The notes beneath the pieces are model-generated. The model was not told the origin of the DNA. It did not search any database and worked only from the letters and a program-made list of their open reading frames with translations. A program made the position numbers and the translations under genes. A stretch of DNA of 61,228 nucleotides, counting the filler, from Sphacelaria rigidula (taxonomy: Eukaryota): assembly GCA_964200075.2 (NCBI GenBank). It is 8 parts of 8 records of this genome, joined end to end, with 100 filler letters (N's around TTAATTAATTAA, not from the genome) between each part and the next. Parts side by side here need not be neighbours in the genome. Positions count along the whole stretch, not along the records: positions 1 to 7,567 come from CAXNAA020014303.1; positions 7,668 to 15,234 come from CAXNAA020014304.1; 6 more parts are not named here. One strand, 5' to 3'. How positions within the stretch are numbered: position 1 is the first letter of the stretch; each line of letters opens with the position of its first letter. This document shows positions 1 to 11,710 of the stretch, piece after piece.

Positions 1-73
1 CGGGAATCGAACCCCCCAACTCAACCATCAGAAGGTTACGAGGTTACCAACTGAGCCACCGGGGCGACCGGCT
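1..73 (-). mobile_element. tRNA-derived SINE-like head (or tRNA pseudogene), cut by the contig start
   Basis: Minus strand reads GCCCCGGTGGCTCAGTTGGTAACCTCGTAACC-TTCTGAT-GGTTGAGTTGGGGGGTTCGATTCCCG. It has an A box (TGGCTCAGTTGG), a B box (GGTTCGATTCC) and an anticodon-like stem-loop with CTG, but the D-stem is broken. Confidence 0.6.
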
Positions 74-3000
74 GGAAAGAGAAGAAATAAATAGGGGTCG
101 AGAAAAGAGACGACTTCGACTCACGGAGGAGCAAAGCCGGAGCAAAGCCGGAGCAGAGCCGAGCAGCACGGAGCAACAGATGCAAAAAGGAGGAGAGAAG
201 AATAAAAGGACGACTACTTGTCGGGCCAAAAGTGCAAACCGATCGAAAGTGCCTATTTTGACCCTTCGCCAACATTCTGTGCCTGAGGAGAACGCCGGAT
301 GGCTTATTTTATCTGAGAATGATATATGCGCCATCGTCTGACAAGCTTCTAGGACACACTGACGAGTCTCAGTGCGTGCACTTTGACTGTGGGAGAGGAA
401 AATGAAAATGCTGCGTCTTGTGCAAACCTTCCCGAGTCACGAAACGCATACAAGATCTACACGATTGATCGGTATGTACCAGATTTTACGGGGGTTTGTG
501 TCCCTTTTGCCCGGAGTCAAACTACGATCACTAAAAATCGTCAAGTAGTGCTAATATGCCCTCAGATTGTAGAGCGAGTCATTCCGAGGTGGCATAACCC
601 GCCTGTCCGCCTCCTCACGCGGGACACGACGCCGACGCTTTGAACACCTGACCCCATTGTAAGTGGTGTAACAAGTGACGAAATGAATCGGCAACCGAAA
701 CACTAGCCGAGATATCCAGCAATGACATCCAGCGAGGCAGTGAGGAGAACGGAGAATCAACACGAAAAAAAAAAAACATGAAGTACAACATGCAGGATCC
801 GGATGAAGCGGGAACGCTTCCTTCCTCTTGGGGAAAGGACGGGACATGAACAACAAGCTGGAAGTATGTCGGCACGGGACGAGACGGAACGGGAAGCCCT
901 CTCCCTGAGGAACGATAAGACGGGACAAGCCATCCAGCATCGTCATTTCTCCGCGACATTTTTCTCTTGTAACCAGCTGTGAATTTGGCAACTGAATTGC
1001 ATGGGAGGGGCAAGTTGATCCCTCAGGCATCGCTCCCCGACAATATACAAACCTCACCACAAGACGAAGGTCTGAGGTGGAAAACGATAGCATATCTTTT
1101 CGGTAAATGACACCACCCTTGAGACAAACTGTACATGAAAACGACCAGAGGTGCCATTTCGTCGGCCACTCCCCTCTGTGCGTGGTATGGCATTCACAAA
1201 ATAGTCACATTGGCGGAGGCGATTCCCTCTTGCTATTCGCCCGTTTGAATCAGGTCTGCTGATGTCGCGCCGGTTGTCGATTTCTTTTTCCATCACAGTT
1301 TAGTAGCATCCGTTGTTTTGTGAAAAATAACGGATATCGTGGGATTTCGGGCTGTACGCCACTGTACACACTTGTCCTCCATACCTTCAAAGCAAGCTAT
1401 CGTAGCACGTGGCGAATATGATGAAGAGTAAAAATGATTCAAAAACACGACACGTGCGACGGGCAAAGTATACTCGAAGCCCTCAAGCGAAACTACGTGG
1501 TTTAGGACGAGGGAGAGCCAAGTGTGTGGCTGCTTCGGTTTTCCACACCCCCCTCCGCGGACCACCTACGTCGTATTGCGACAGACTGCCAACTATCTTC
1601 TCGCCAGATCAAGTCTAGCATTTCATTGAGAGTAGGATTTACGATTTGCGTCAATCTGACCAATGTTTACTTTCGTGTGGGTTTGCGCCCCTGTAACTAT
1701 GCCGCGTTCGTTGATATCCTTTTTAGGCATCTTAGAGGCTTCCGTGGCAGGCTACTGCAGAAAGCATATAGGACCTGGTAAAAGGAAGGCTTTGAGGGAC
1801 ATTTCGGCAGTGAAACTGTTCCAGGCACTAATTGACCATTTCTGGAACTCTGCAATTTTAGATTGCTGCTAAATAACGAGGTCAATGCAATACAAATTCA
1901 CATTGAACACATCCCACGGCCAAGAGCTTTCATTCCAGCCGCTCCTCTTCTGGCTTGGCGAGGTATTTCGTGAGAACCAACAGTCGACGAGTCAATCGGG
2001 ATTTCCTGCCATCTCGGTTCCGACTCCCAATCAATCGCTAGACTCTCAATCTAGCGAATACCCCGTTTGCCGTTCTCCTTCTCCACAGCTCCCTAGAAGG
2101 CAATGTATGTAACCCTGAGATTATCAGCCTTCTACTGAAAAGGATCTGGCGGGATTGGATGCGCCTCGTGGACAGACCACCTCGGTTCAAGTTCGACCAC
2201 GTGCCGGAACAAATGGCAGGAGATACCACTTGACTTGACTTCTTAATGCAGTACGAAGTGTGCCTATACAGCTACGTTCTGGGTACCGCTGTCATCACAC
2301 CAAATGCAGGAATCTTCTCCGGTGCTATTGGAGCTCCTGGAACAAGAAATATATTTACCTAACGTCCAGACAATGGACAACTCATTGCAAAGGCTTGGAC
2401 GGGAATACATACATACATTCCGCATATGAAACAAGTTGGCGCAAGTTGGATAACCTTGCAAATACCAGCAGGTCGAAGCGTCATTGACTTTGGGCAAAGT
2501 ACACAGCCCGCGCTCAACACGGACTGTAACGTGTCGTACTGAGTTTCCGACATTAGAAAAGGGGCACAGCGTCCATACATGGGGATTGACCTTTGTAGTG
2601 AAATGGAAACTTGAGCGACTCACAGGCCCTCCAGTAAGGAATCAGGGGGATGTAGCGCCAATGAAATGTGACCTCAGTAGTGAATTGTGTAGTGATAAAT
2701 GCTGGTGATCGGCTCGCACACTTGAGTCAAATCTGCGGTGTACGTGCTACAGACAGTACATGTATGTAGCAGTAGTCGCGCCGGGACGAACAGAGCAGCA
2801 GCAGAGAAGCGAAGCAGCAAGCACACAAGCACACAGCGAGTGGTACACTGCCGCCGCAGAGGATCAATGCGATGCTCGTTTGTCGGTAGATCCCCATCCT
2901 CGTATGGTTGGTTTTGTCTTTCCGTGGCCTCGAGCCGAGGCGGTGACCGCCATGTTGCCGGGTGTCATCAGTATCCTGGCGGTGTAGTATACCCGCCTTG

Positions 3001-6000
3001 TGCTGTGGGTTGCTCCTTTCAGCCGAGCACTAGGTCTGACCAAGCCGGTCGAGCGGTGTATACCGGCGCTGGTTGTGCGTACTTACCCTGCCATGCTTGG
3101 CTTCTTGCAAATTATGGGTCTGGGCAGCACCTCGCTTGTGTCACGGAGGATGAAACAGCCAATACACCATGAAAAATTCCACATTTAACGTGCAAACAGC
3201 ACCGCCTGCCGACTGACACTATTTTCCACAAAAACGAACAAAACGACAACGCAGGAGCTCGGGCAATCCCAGCGGGGACCAAACCGTCTTCGTAAGGTCT
3301 TGACACACCACAGAATAGTGATAGCTCTAGCACATGAGAGACATCATGAGCGTGTTTGTGCTGCAGTACAGCAAGGCAGGAAATTAGGCGGAGACGCCGA
3401 ATCCGACATGCCCTTTGCGACATCAACCCTTCTTTCATTGGAAAAATGACCATTGAAAAATTCCCACCTCCACCTCGGGGTATTCAATGCGCGTTATCAA
3501 TAAAAAACAACCCGCACATCGAATCTGTGCAGATAATGTATTGGACATACATCTGGTACGTGGATCCTCGGGCATGTAGTCATCCAGCCTAATAGGAGCC
3601 AATACGGTTCAGTACGAGGTACTGAGAGGAACGGTCCGCGAAACAGTACTGTGGCCAGTATTCATCCGAGTCAAAACGCTCCACGGTTCATATCGTAAGC
3701 TCTATAGTTGGGGCTTACAGCTGGGATTCAGAGAGAGGAGGTTCAGATAGAGCTGTGCACAAGCAGGTGACATCTGAATGAAAAATGACAGCCACGACGA
3801 TGCGGCGCCTCACTCGGGTACGTCGTCTGCTCAACTCATCAAGATCCCTCGTGACAATTGCCTTGCTCCGCTATGGCACGGTGCACAGCGTGGAAGCGCG
3901 CCACGGCCACATCAAACACGTCACAAGCGCACAGAATCTTTGCGTTCGAATCAGTGGGGGTAGACATGACTGTTGCTAGAGTTGAGTCAAGTCAGGATTG
4001 GCAAACGCCAAGTGAAGTTCCAGCACTTCAACCGACGGGTCTTGACAATTTCATTCGAAGTCAGGACAAATTGAGGAATAATGTTGCCCTGATCTTTTCC
4101 GGCTGTTTCAGTGTTTCAACACCTCACCAGTACACTCAGGACCTCATTAGCCAGGGCCGAAGCTCATAAGGGTATGGCGGCGCGTGAACTGCACCAAGTT
4201 GATGGGGGTATCAGTGGGCGCAACCCGCACACTGCCTTGAACGAGCTTGCGAACGCTCGAGCTGCCTGCCTCACATCACTGCCGCAAGGCAGTCTAGCCG
4301 AGTCTTCGGGTAATCGGCACACAAAATCACTCACGAGGTAAGTGTTGGCTTAGGTTTCCTTCTTCCGTACAGACATGGACAGGTGTCGAAAAATTACTGC
4401 ATGGCACGTACGACTGTATAGAAAACATCTACTATGCAGCGTTGATGTCTCATGTGGACATTTGGTCTATTATTTCAACGGGGATAGGAAAGTAGCCGTT
4501 CCCGGGGGTGGTTTCCCCCGTTCTTTCTTGTCTCAAACGGAAGGTGGTGCTCCCGTCTATCCTACGGGTACATATCAAGGGTGGCCATATATTGAAGACA
4601 CCTGCCATGCGTTCAAAAGCATAATGTAGTGCGCCCGCAAACGGCCAGCACGTCAAGCAACACCTCCCCCGGGTGGGGGTTTTCAGGGAGGAGGTACACG
4701 TTGGTCCATGGTCATCACGCTAAAAATATTCACGTGTAACTCGACGCCAAGCTCCAGTAGTAAGACCCTGAAAATTTGCACAAATATGTTATGTATCATT
4801 AAAAGTCTTTCTGTGGTCGAGCTTTCCTTCACTTCTTAATTTTTCGCCGGTTTTCGGGGTCCCAGCAAGAAGCCCGTGGGACCCCCGAAAACCGGGAAAA
4901 GATCAAACAGTCAAGGAAACCTGGTCCATGAAAAGTCTTTTCAAAGTTTACGACGTCTTCTAATAACGTACGGTTGACAAAGAATTCCTGAATCAGGTAT
5001 ACCTGGTGAAGTGCTGTCCTAGAAAGGGGGGGCGGTTTCTGGAGGCGAGACGTCCGTTTCCGCGTGGCCATATACCGCGTGTAACATGTTTGTTTTTTCC
5101 TTTTTGGTTTATAAGGCCGGGTGCCAAGCCCCCCCCCCCCCCCCCGAGTGATGTGTGTGCATAATTCGGAGCGAAAACGATCAAAAATGGTGTGTTGTGC
5201 TGTTTTTGCATGTCTAGACATTATTAGTACCTTTCTTGGGCAACAAACGAGAAGGTATACCTTACCCGGGCCATTGCCCTTTGATGAATCCCGATATGGC
5301 CCATGTTTGGAGAGCCTCGATCGGGGTTTTCGATTTACGCCCCAAAATCCCGAATCTGCGCTGCATATCGGGGGAAAGTGGAGCTCACCCCAACCTGTAA
5401 GAAGGTGACGTGTAAGGTGACATACGATGATAGGACAAGAGTAATTCGATCTTCTTGAAACCGCAGCAGTAAAGTCTCGTGTGACAGCACAGACCGTGCC
5501 TACCTGCGCCAGGTGCTGGGGTAGCTTCGTAGCACAGGTAGTGCACACGGGGGCTGACAGGCGGGTAACAAGTGTTGATGCCGTGCTCTGCGGCGATGGT
5601 AATACATTTCACTGCACTGCACTGCCGCGAGTATTACCGTAACGGACGGGTCTGTACCACCCTGCTGTTTGTTGTCGTTGTACTTGCAGGGTGCTGCACG
5701 GTTCTGCACCCGTACAGGACACTCTACTCGCACACTGTCCTCGTAGAACTGACTGTACCATCATGTATCACCGCACGGCAGTATCGTGCACTGTGGTGGT
5801 ATAATAGTGTACAATGCTACACTGTATGATACCCGACGGTACCACGGTACGATCTTGTCCTCGGAGGATGATTCACCGCCTGTCTGTCCGTCGGCTTCAC
5901 TATTATAGAAAGCTATAGCACGTCCCTGCAAATAATGCCCCCCCCGTATACAGAACCATATTCAACAAATCCGTTGAACGGTAACGGGGTCCCTGCATTA

Positions 6001-6749
6001 CGATTTTGCAAATGAGCCAAATTGATTTCAACTTGATTTTGCACAGATTAGGGTCTCTGCAGATTGAAGGATTTGTCCCCATGAAAAATCGTCTGATTTG
6101 ATGGCGATTACACGTTTTCCCAACGTGTTCGTGTGTTTAGGTGCATCACCATTCGTGTGTAACTGGCCAAAACGGTAGATACCACTTGTGGGGCAATTAA
6201 CTAGAGGGGGGGGGGAGGTGTGTACATGACATACCTGGAAAAGGAGTTTTCCTCTTCTTTATTATTCCCATATTTCAAGTATCTCGAGAAAAAAGCATGT
6301 CATCCAGGCAAGAACGGTGGATGCTATACACCTGAAATCACGGTATAAAGCACCCTCCGGCACGGCTATTTCCATCGTCCCCTGCGCTACCATGGACCCC
6401 CTCCCCAAATTCGACCTCCCCAATATTTTTCATATACCATTGTGCACCATCTGTCAAGTTTTGAACACGTCGGGCAGCTCATGAGATACCTCAAATAACT
6501 GATCGAACGAGACTCCTAAATCCCTTGTCCAGTATCACAAAGTACGTGACAGCAGGGTGCGAGAAGACAAAGCACTCACTCTGCGCATCGCCGCGTGCTC
6601 AGTGTCCAAGGTTGTAGGGAGAAAATTTGAGGAAAGGGTCCAAAGGAGCTAGCTCATGATCTGGATCAGTACACTAACAAGAAGTAATTTTCAGGAAGCT
6701 CATGAGCTGTCCGACGTGTGAAATTGTGGGCTCTTAGTAAGTTTTCAAA

Positions 6750-7069
6750 TTTTTCGTACGCCCGGTTTTACTTTTACCCGGGTTCCGGATTTTTGCAGTC
6801 GCCCCCCAAATCTTCGAGTTGTCGGGTTGAATACGTGTTTCTCCCGACAAGTGGACGATATTTTGGGCGACTGAAAAAATCGGGAATCTGGTCAGAAGTC
6901 AAACTGGGCTTACGTAAAATCCCGAAGGTGCGCTAGAATCTCGGAAAACATGGCAAATCTTGCACAGGAGGCCAAATCCGCCAAGGCTCGTATTATGCCT
7001 AAACTCCGCAAAGAAAGGCTCAAAAAGGGCACTTCTTATAGCGTCCGTTTCAGACTTTAAGAAGCGGCC
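6750..7069. mobile_element. Partial diverged copy of the foldback MITE at 24202-24678
   Basis: Colinear with the centre and right arm of that element (gtgcgctagaatc..., ggaggccaaatccgccaagg..., aaaagggca..., gaagcggcc end). Confidence 0.7.
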
Positions 7070-7080
7070 ATGAAGTATCA

Positions 7081-7276
7081 CTTGGGTGTGGCCTCAATAC
7101 TTTACCCCAATATTGGGGAAGCACTCTCAGCAAATACCTGCGTATGGAGCATCACTTGGGTATGATCCCAATACTCGACCCAAATATTGGGTAAGTTGGG
7201 TACGATCTGAAATACTCCACCCAACGTTTTGGTAGATTGGTTAGGATGTCAATCGTATACCCGAATATTGGGTAAG
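7081..7276. repeat. Degenerate ~40-bp tandem repeat (ttgggt...aatact...cccaatattggg)
   Basis: About four imperfect units with internal CCCAA/TTGGG inverted motifs. Confidence 0.5.
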
Positions 7277-7567
7277 CCGCGTCCCAGCACATCATTGTTT
7301 GATGACAAAATTATGCGGTGGGATTGGTTTCAGCGAATACGTTCATTCTCCGCGACTTAGGTCCAAGCGAATTCGCAAGCTTTCGATCGAAGACAGACAG
7401 TGACATTTTTGAAGCGGTAATTGTTCGCTTGTCTACAGTACGGCACTGTTCTATCTACGCTGTATGAATACAGTGTGCCTGAGTGTGTGTGTGTGTGTGG
7501 GGGGGGTGGGGGGGGGGGGGGGGGGGGGGGCGGCAAAGGGGGGAGGGGGGGGGGGGGAGGGGGGAGG

Positions 7568-7667
7568 NNNNNNNNNNNNNNNNNNNNNNNNNNNNNNNNN
7601 NNNNNNNNNNNTTAATTAATTAANNNNNNNNNNNNNNNNNNNNNNNNNNNNNNNNNNNNNNNNNNNN
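7568..7667. other. Artificial contig linker N44-TTAATTAATTAA-N44
   Basis: 100-bp spacer with stop codons in all six frames. Confidence 0.98.
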
Positions 7668-9429
7668 GCAGTTCGCCCAGATGTTGCGGATTTTTTCACG
7701 ATCTCACAGAGTAACATTATATGTGGAAATGTACCAGACCCTGGACAGAGATTTCTACAGTCAGTACGCACACAATGTAATAAGTGTACTGCGCACACTA
7801 TAGAATATATTGCTGACAGTAATTTGTGTAATACTCGTATTACTTGAAGTCGGTAACTGCAACGCTACACTTCGGGACAACAGCGTGTAACAATCTCCAG
7901 GGTGAAATGTTGCAGGCGGCTTTCGCGCCATAGCGACGGTGTTACCACACAGCTTCGCCCAAGATACAGACAGTCATTACAGCAGCGGAGGCGGCCTTTC
8001 ACTCCTACGTGCGCCACATGGGGCAAACGCACGCTGTAGCTGCAATGCGGACAGCTTTACAAAATGTAGGCGTAGCGAGGGGTGATATCCCGCGTACACG
8101 TCGGCCGCCGATACAAGCGGTTGCGTTCATGATGTGGCGAACAGCATAGGTCAGCGCGAAATCAATGCAGCACAGGGATAGGCCGAGGATGTGACGTCCT
8201 GTGGTGTGCTTTGTCACCCTGCATCCTGCCGCTGTGCAGTGAGCAAGTAGTTCCGCCGAAGACGTCACGCTGCGGTTGGTACGCAATGTTGAACACAGCA
8301 ACAAACATCATATTCCATGTACAACAGAGAAGGATGTGTGTTTCAAGACCGATGCGCACAGAGTGGGGCCCGCATCTAGAGAACCCTTCACCATCTTCGG
8401 CCTGTTTTAGCGGATACAGACATCTTTTCAGCAAAAATCGCTTGCGGCATGTGCTGTAACGAATCTCGTGCGTAATGCAGGTTTCTCCCACGTGGAGCAT
8501 CGCCGGTGAAGCGAGCTGTTGAAGCTATTAGCACCCAACCCTCTTTCCACGATGACCTCCTCTCTGAACTCGAGATAATTGGAACTGCGGAACTGACTCC
8601 AGCTGGTAGAACGTACACATCACCGTGACTAAAGCCTCCATACTATCGAAAAGGAATAACACTGCCGCTTAGTTATGCTGTATTACTCACTTGACCAAGA
8701 TATGCATCGATGAGTTATAGTTTATAACTCACCCGACCGAAATACGCAGGAAACAGTGGTCGACACTGTTGACTTATATAAGAGGAAACGCGTGATCACG
8801 TGACACGTCTGCTGGTACACGTGGCGTGAGAAGCCTCGGAGTATGTACGCGTATATCAATACTACCGCAGGTGTAACATGGAAACATGTAGATTATACGA
8901 GTATAAAATACCAAAATAAGACCGTTTCTTACGGTTTGTTTTCCGGGGGGAGTGGGGGATTTTCATGTGCCGTAGCACCGCTGGAGTCCGTGGTGGATGC
9001 CATAGTAGACGATCGTATCGTGTGTCGCATGCAAGGCGAATCTATGATCGTGCACGCGCCAAGCATGTGGATGTGTGTGTGTGTGTGGATGTGTGTGTAT
9101 GGATGTGTGTGTGCGTGGCAGAGGGGGTGGCACACAAACTGAGGGGTAAAGATGAGCTATCTCAGTGAAACTCAGAAGACAAAAGCGAGTGCTGCGGCCG
9201 TGCCATGAGATAAGGGGTAAAGATTAGTCATCTCCGAACTCCGAACACAAAACTGAGTGACATGGCTGTGTTACATGAGTTCGGGGGTAATGGTATGCTA
9301 TTATATCTCAGAACTCAGAACTCAAAAGTAAGAGGCGCGTACATCTCTGTGTAGAGGATTAATTGTTGCAGAACTCAAAACGCATAACTCAGCTCCAGAT
9401 CACTTTTTTTATTCTTTGATTTTTATTCT

Positions 9430-9620
9430 GCAATTCACCCGGCCAGAATGTGCATCGATGAGTTATAGTCTATAACTCACTCGGTCAGAATGTGCATCGC
9501 TGAGTTATAATTTATATCTCACCTAGCCAGATTTTGCATCGCTGAGTTATAGTTTGTAACTCACCCGGCCAGAATGGGCACCGCTGGGTGATGCTGCTAT
9601 AACTCACCGGTGAGTTATGC
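9430..9620. repeat. 42-bp tandem repeat with an internal palindrome (TGAGTTATAG-T-CTATAACTCA); related unit at ~8685-8745
   Basis: Unit AACTCACCCGGCCAGAATGTGCATCGATGAGTTATAGTCTAT repeated about 4 times with substitutions. Confidence 0.75.
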
Positions 9621-9745
9621 CAAAGAGAGTTAACTCGTGTTTACCTGAGTTGAGTTGTCCGAGGTGTGAAATCTCGCTAGGGCAGGTCGAGTAAAGTACA
9701 CTCAGTAATCGGTATTTTGAAAAGTCATACTTTCAGGCCAACTCT

Positions 9746-10090
9746 AACGGGCTCCAGTACACCTGAAGTAATGTTCGTACACAATGGTAGGTACTCCATT
9801 TTAGTTGATTTCAGTATGAAGAAAGTTTTGATAAAACTTATTATTTGGGGCAGATGAGCTGTAGATCCAGCTCGTCCAAAACGTGCTTTCGTCCATAATC
9901 GACACCTGGGCATCGATTTGAGCTCTGCCAACGCACATTTTGCTTAGGGAACACCTTGCTCCTCCCTTGCCCGAGGGTTCTCGTTCGCCTTGGGTCGGGG
10001 TTAGGGTTAGCGTTAGATATGACGGCACCTCCATAGTACCAACCACCCTGTGCGAACATTTCTTCAGGTCCCCTCCTGATGGGAGCCGTT
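9746..10090. mobile_element. Degenerate MITE with ~50-bp imperfect terminal inverted repeats
   Basis: The left end aacgggctcca...acctgaagtaatgttcgtaca...ggtact matches the reverse complement of the right end (agtacc...tgtgcgaacatttcttcaggt...gggagccgtt). There is no credible coding content. Confidence 0.5.
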
Positions 10091-10884
10091 CAAAAGGTTT
10101 TTATTAAAAAAATTCCACGGCATGGAAATGATGGACTTGGGCATGAATTGCGTGGTTGGATTTACAAACGGCACACCGTATCCAACACACCATGATGGTG
10201 GCGCTTTCGGCAGTGTCTAGACTTGTGTACTGACCGGGACACAACAACAGTACTGAAGTTGAGGCGATCCCCGGCGCAGATCAAACCTTTTGTGTAAGAG
10301 GGGTGGCCTCTCCCTCACATGGATGCGAACTTGAAAGTGTAGGAGTCTGGGGTAGGCTTTGAAACGAGCAGGCCTTCAGCCTTCCACGACATCGTTGTGA
10401 GAGCGGGTTGCTCACGATCTGGAGCTGGCTCATGACTGGTGTGGTCCCACCACGTCTCTCTCCCTGCTGTTAAGTTGCAGCATGTGCGTGCCCGGATTCA
10501 AATTCAAACGCGCAAAAATGATCAACCAAAACTACGAGATGTCGCGAGTATGTAGTTTGCAGGCCGCGCCTCCCCTCAATTTTGAGAGTTGGACTTTCAA
10601 ATTTGGTAGGGAGAATGAATAAGGCATAATTTCAAAAGCCTTTCGGAACCCTGAGTTTTTTTCTTCAAGAGTTGAAGGAACTGATCAGTGTCCAGTTTTC
10701 AGCAGAATGCCGTGAACTCACGAGAAACAACCTCGTTTTTTTTTTTTATGCCCTTTTCATTCTCCGTTCCAAGCCAGCTCTCAAAATTGAGGGGAGACAA
10801 GGCGAATAAGGAAGCAGGACGGTCGACATTCGAAACAGTATTTTGGAGGCCACTTACAGGCCTAGGTATGGTACTTGTGTTTCG

Positions 10885-11710
10885 AAATTTTGTGTGGGAC
10901 CTCGCCAGGGCATAATGGAGCGAATAAAAATGGGACATGTTGATTTTTCTTTCGTTTTTTCACGAGTTTACAACGTTTTAGTAGACCCAAAGACGTTTTT
11001 TTCACGAGAACGTCCTTAGCTCTCCCTCCTCCCTAAAAAAATGAAGGCCCACTCTTTTTTATTTTCTGTATGCCTTTGCGATTCTCCATGCGAAGTTTCA
11101 AATTGCAATTCTACAAATTGAACTGAAAAACTGAGATAAGGTCCACGAACAATGTCCATTTTTTCCTATAAACTTCCCGAAAACGAAAAAAATTGAAAAA
11201 ATGGAAAGAATGAAAGAAGTTGATATATTTTTTATTGTTGTACACTAGCGATCCTCCATACGAAATTTCAAGGCACAATTCTCAACAACTGAGATGCGGA
11301 ATCCAGATTTGGTGCATTTACTGCCCCTGTTCGTAATATATTGAATTCAGTATGGAATATTATGTGCGCCATACCTTGAGATAAACAACGAATTAGGTGA
11401 AGGTGAGGGTATCAATCGTTTCCCCGTGCTTCAGGGAATGTCCGCACCAAAAATCGTCATCATTTGCTGTATATATCGTTCGGAGTTTCATGTAGGCTTC
11501 AGGGTAGACGCTATCTCCGTACGGTATAGGAACTACTAGACATCGCGTTCAACCAACGAGACAAAATTGGCCCAGACTTTTGAGCGGATGGGACATTCCC
11601 CTTCATGGGATAATTGATACGATATGCGTGTCACGGGCCAACTCGTTTGCGTCGATGGAATATTGCGTTGATGGCTTACATCCCTTTCTAGGCTGGACCA
11701 GTTCGTATAT
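10885..11710 (+). repeat. Dispersed ~0.8-kb non-coding repeat family R1, copy 1 (probable transposon terminal region)
   Basis: Shares long blocks (tccagattt.gtgcatt, caccaaaaatcgtcatcat, atctccgtacggtatagga, gagcggatggg, tctaggc.gg.ccag.tcgtata) with 34124-34875 (+) and 59500-60306 (-). Confidence 0.8.

Noticed and set aside
7499-7567. Poly-G tracts as functional G-quadruplexes (also ~38375-38440 and ~36800-36850)
   Set aside because: They sit at contig ends or gaps where sequence quality is doubtful, and there is no functional context.
9430-9620. CRISPR-like array of palindromic repeats
   Set aside because: The 'spacers' are copies of each other, making this a tandem repeat. There are no cas genes and the context is eukaryotic.
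9995-10016. Telomere-like TTAGGG
   Set aside because: Only one or two units, inside a MITE.
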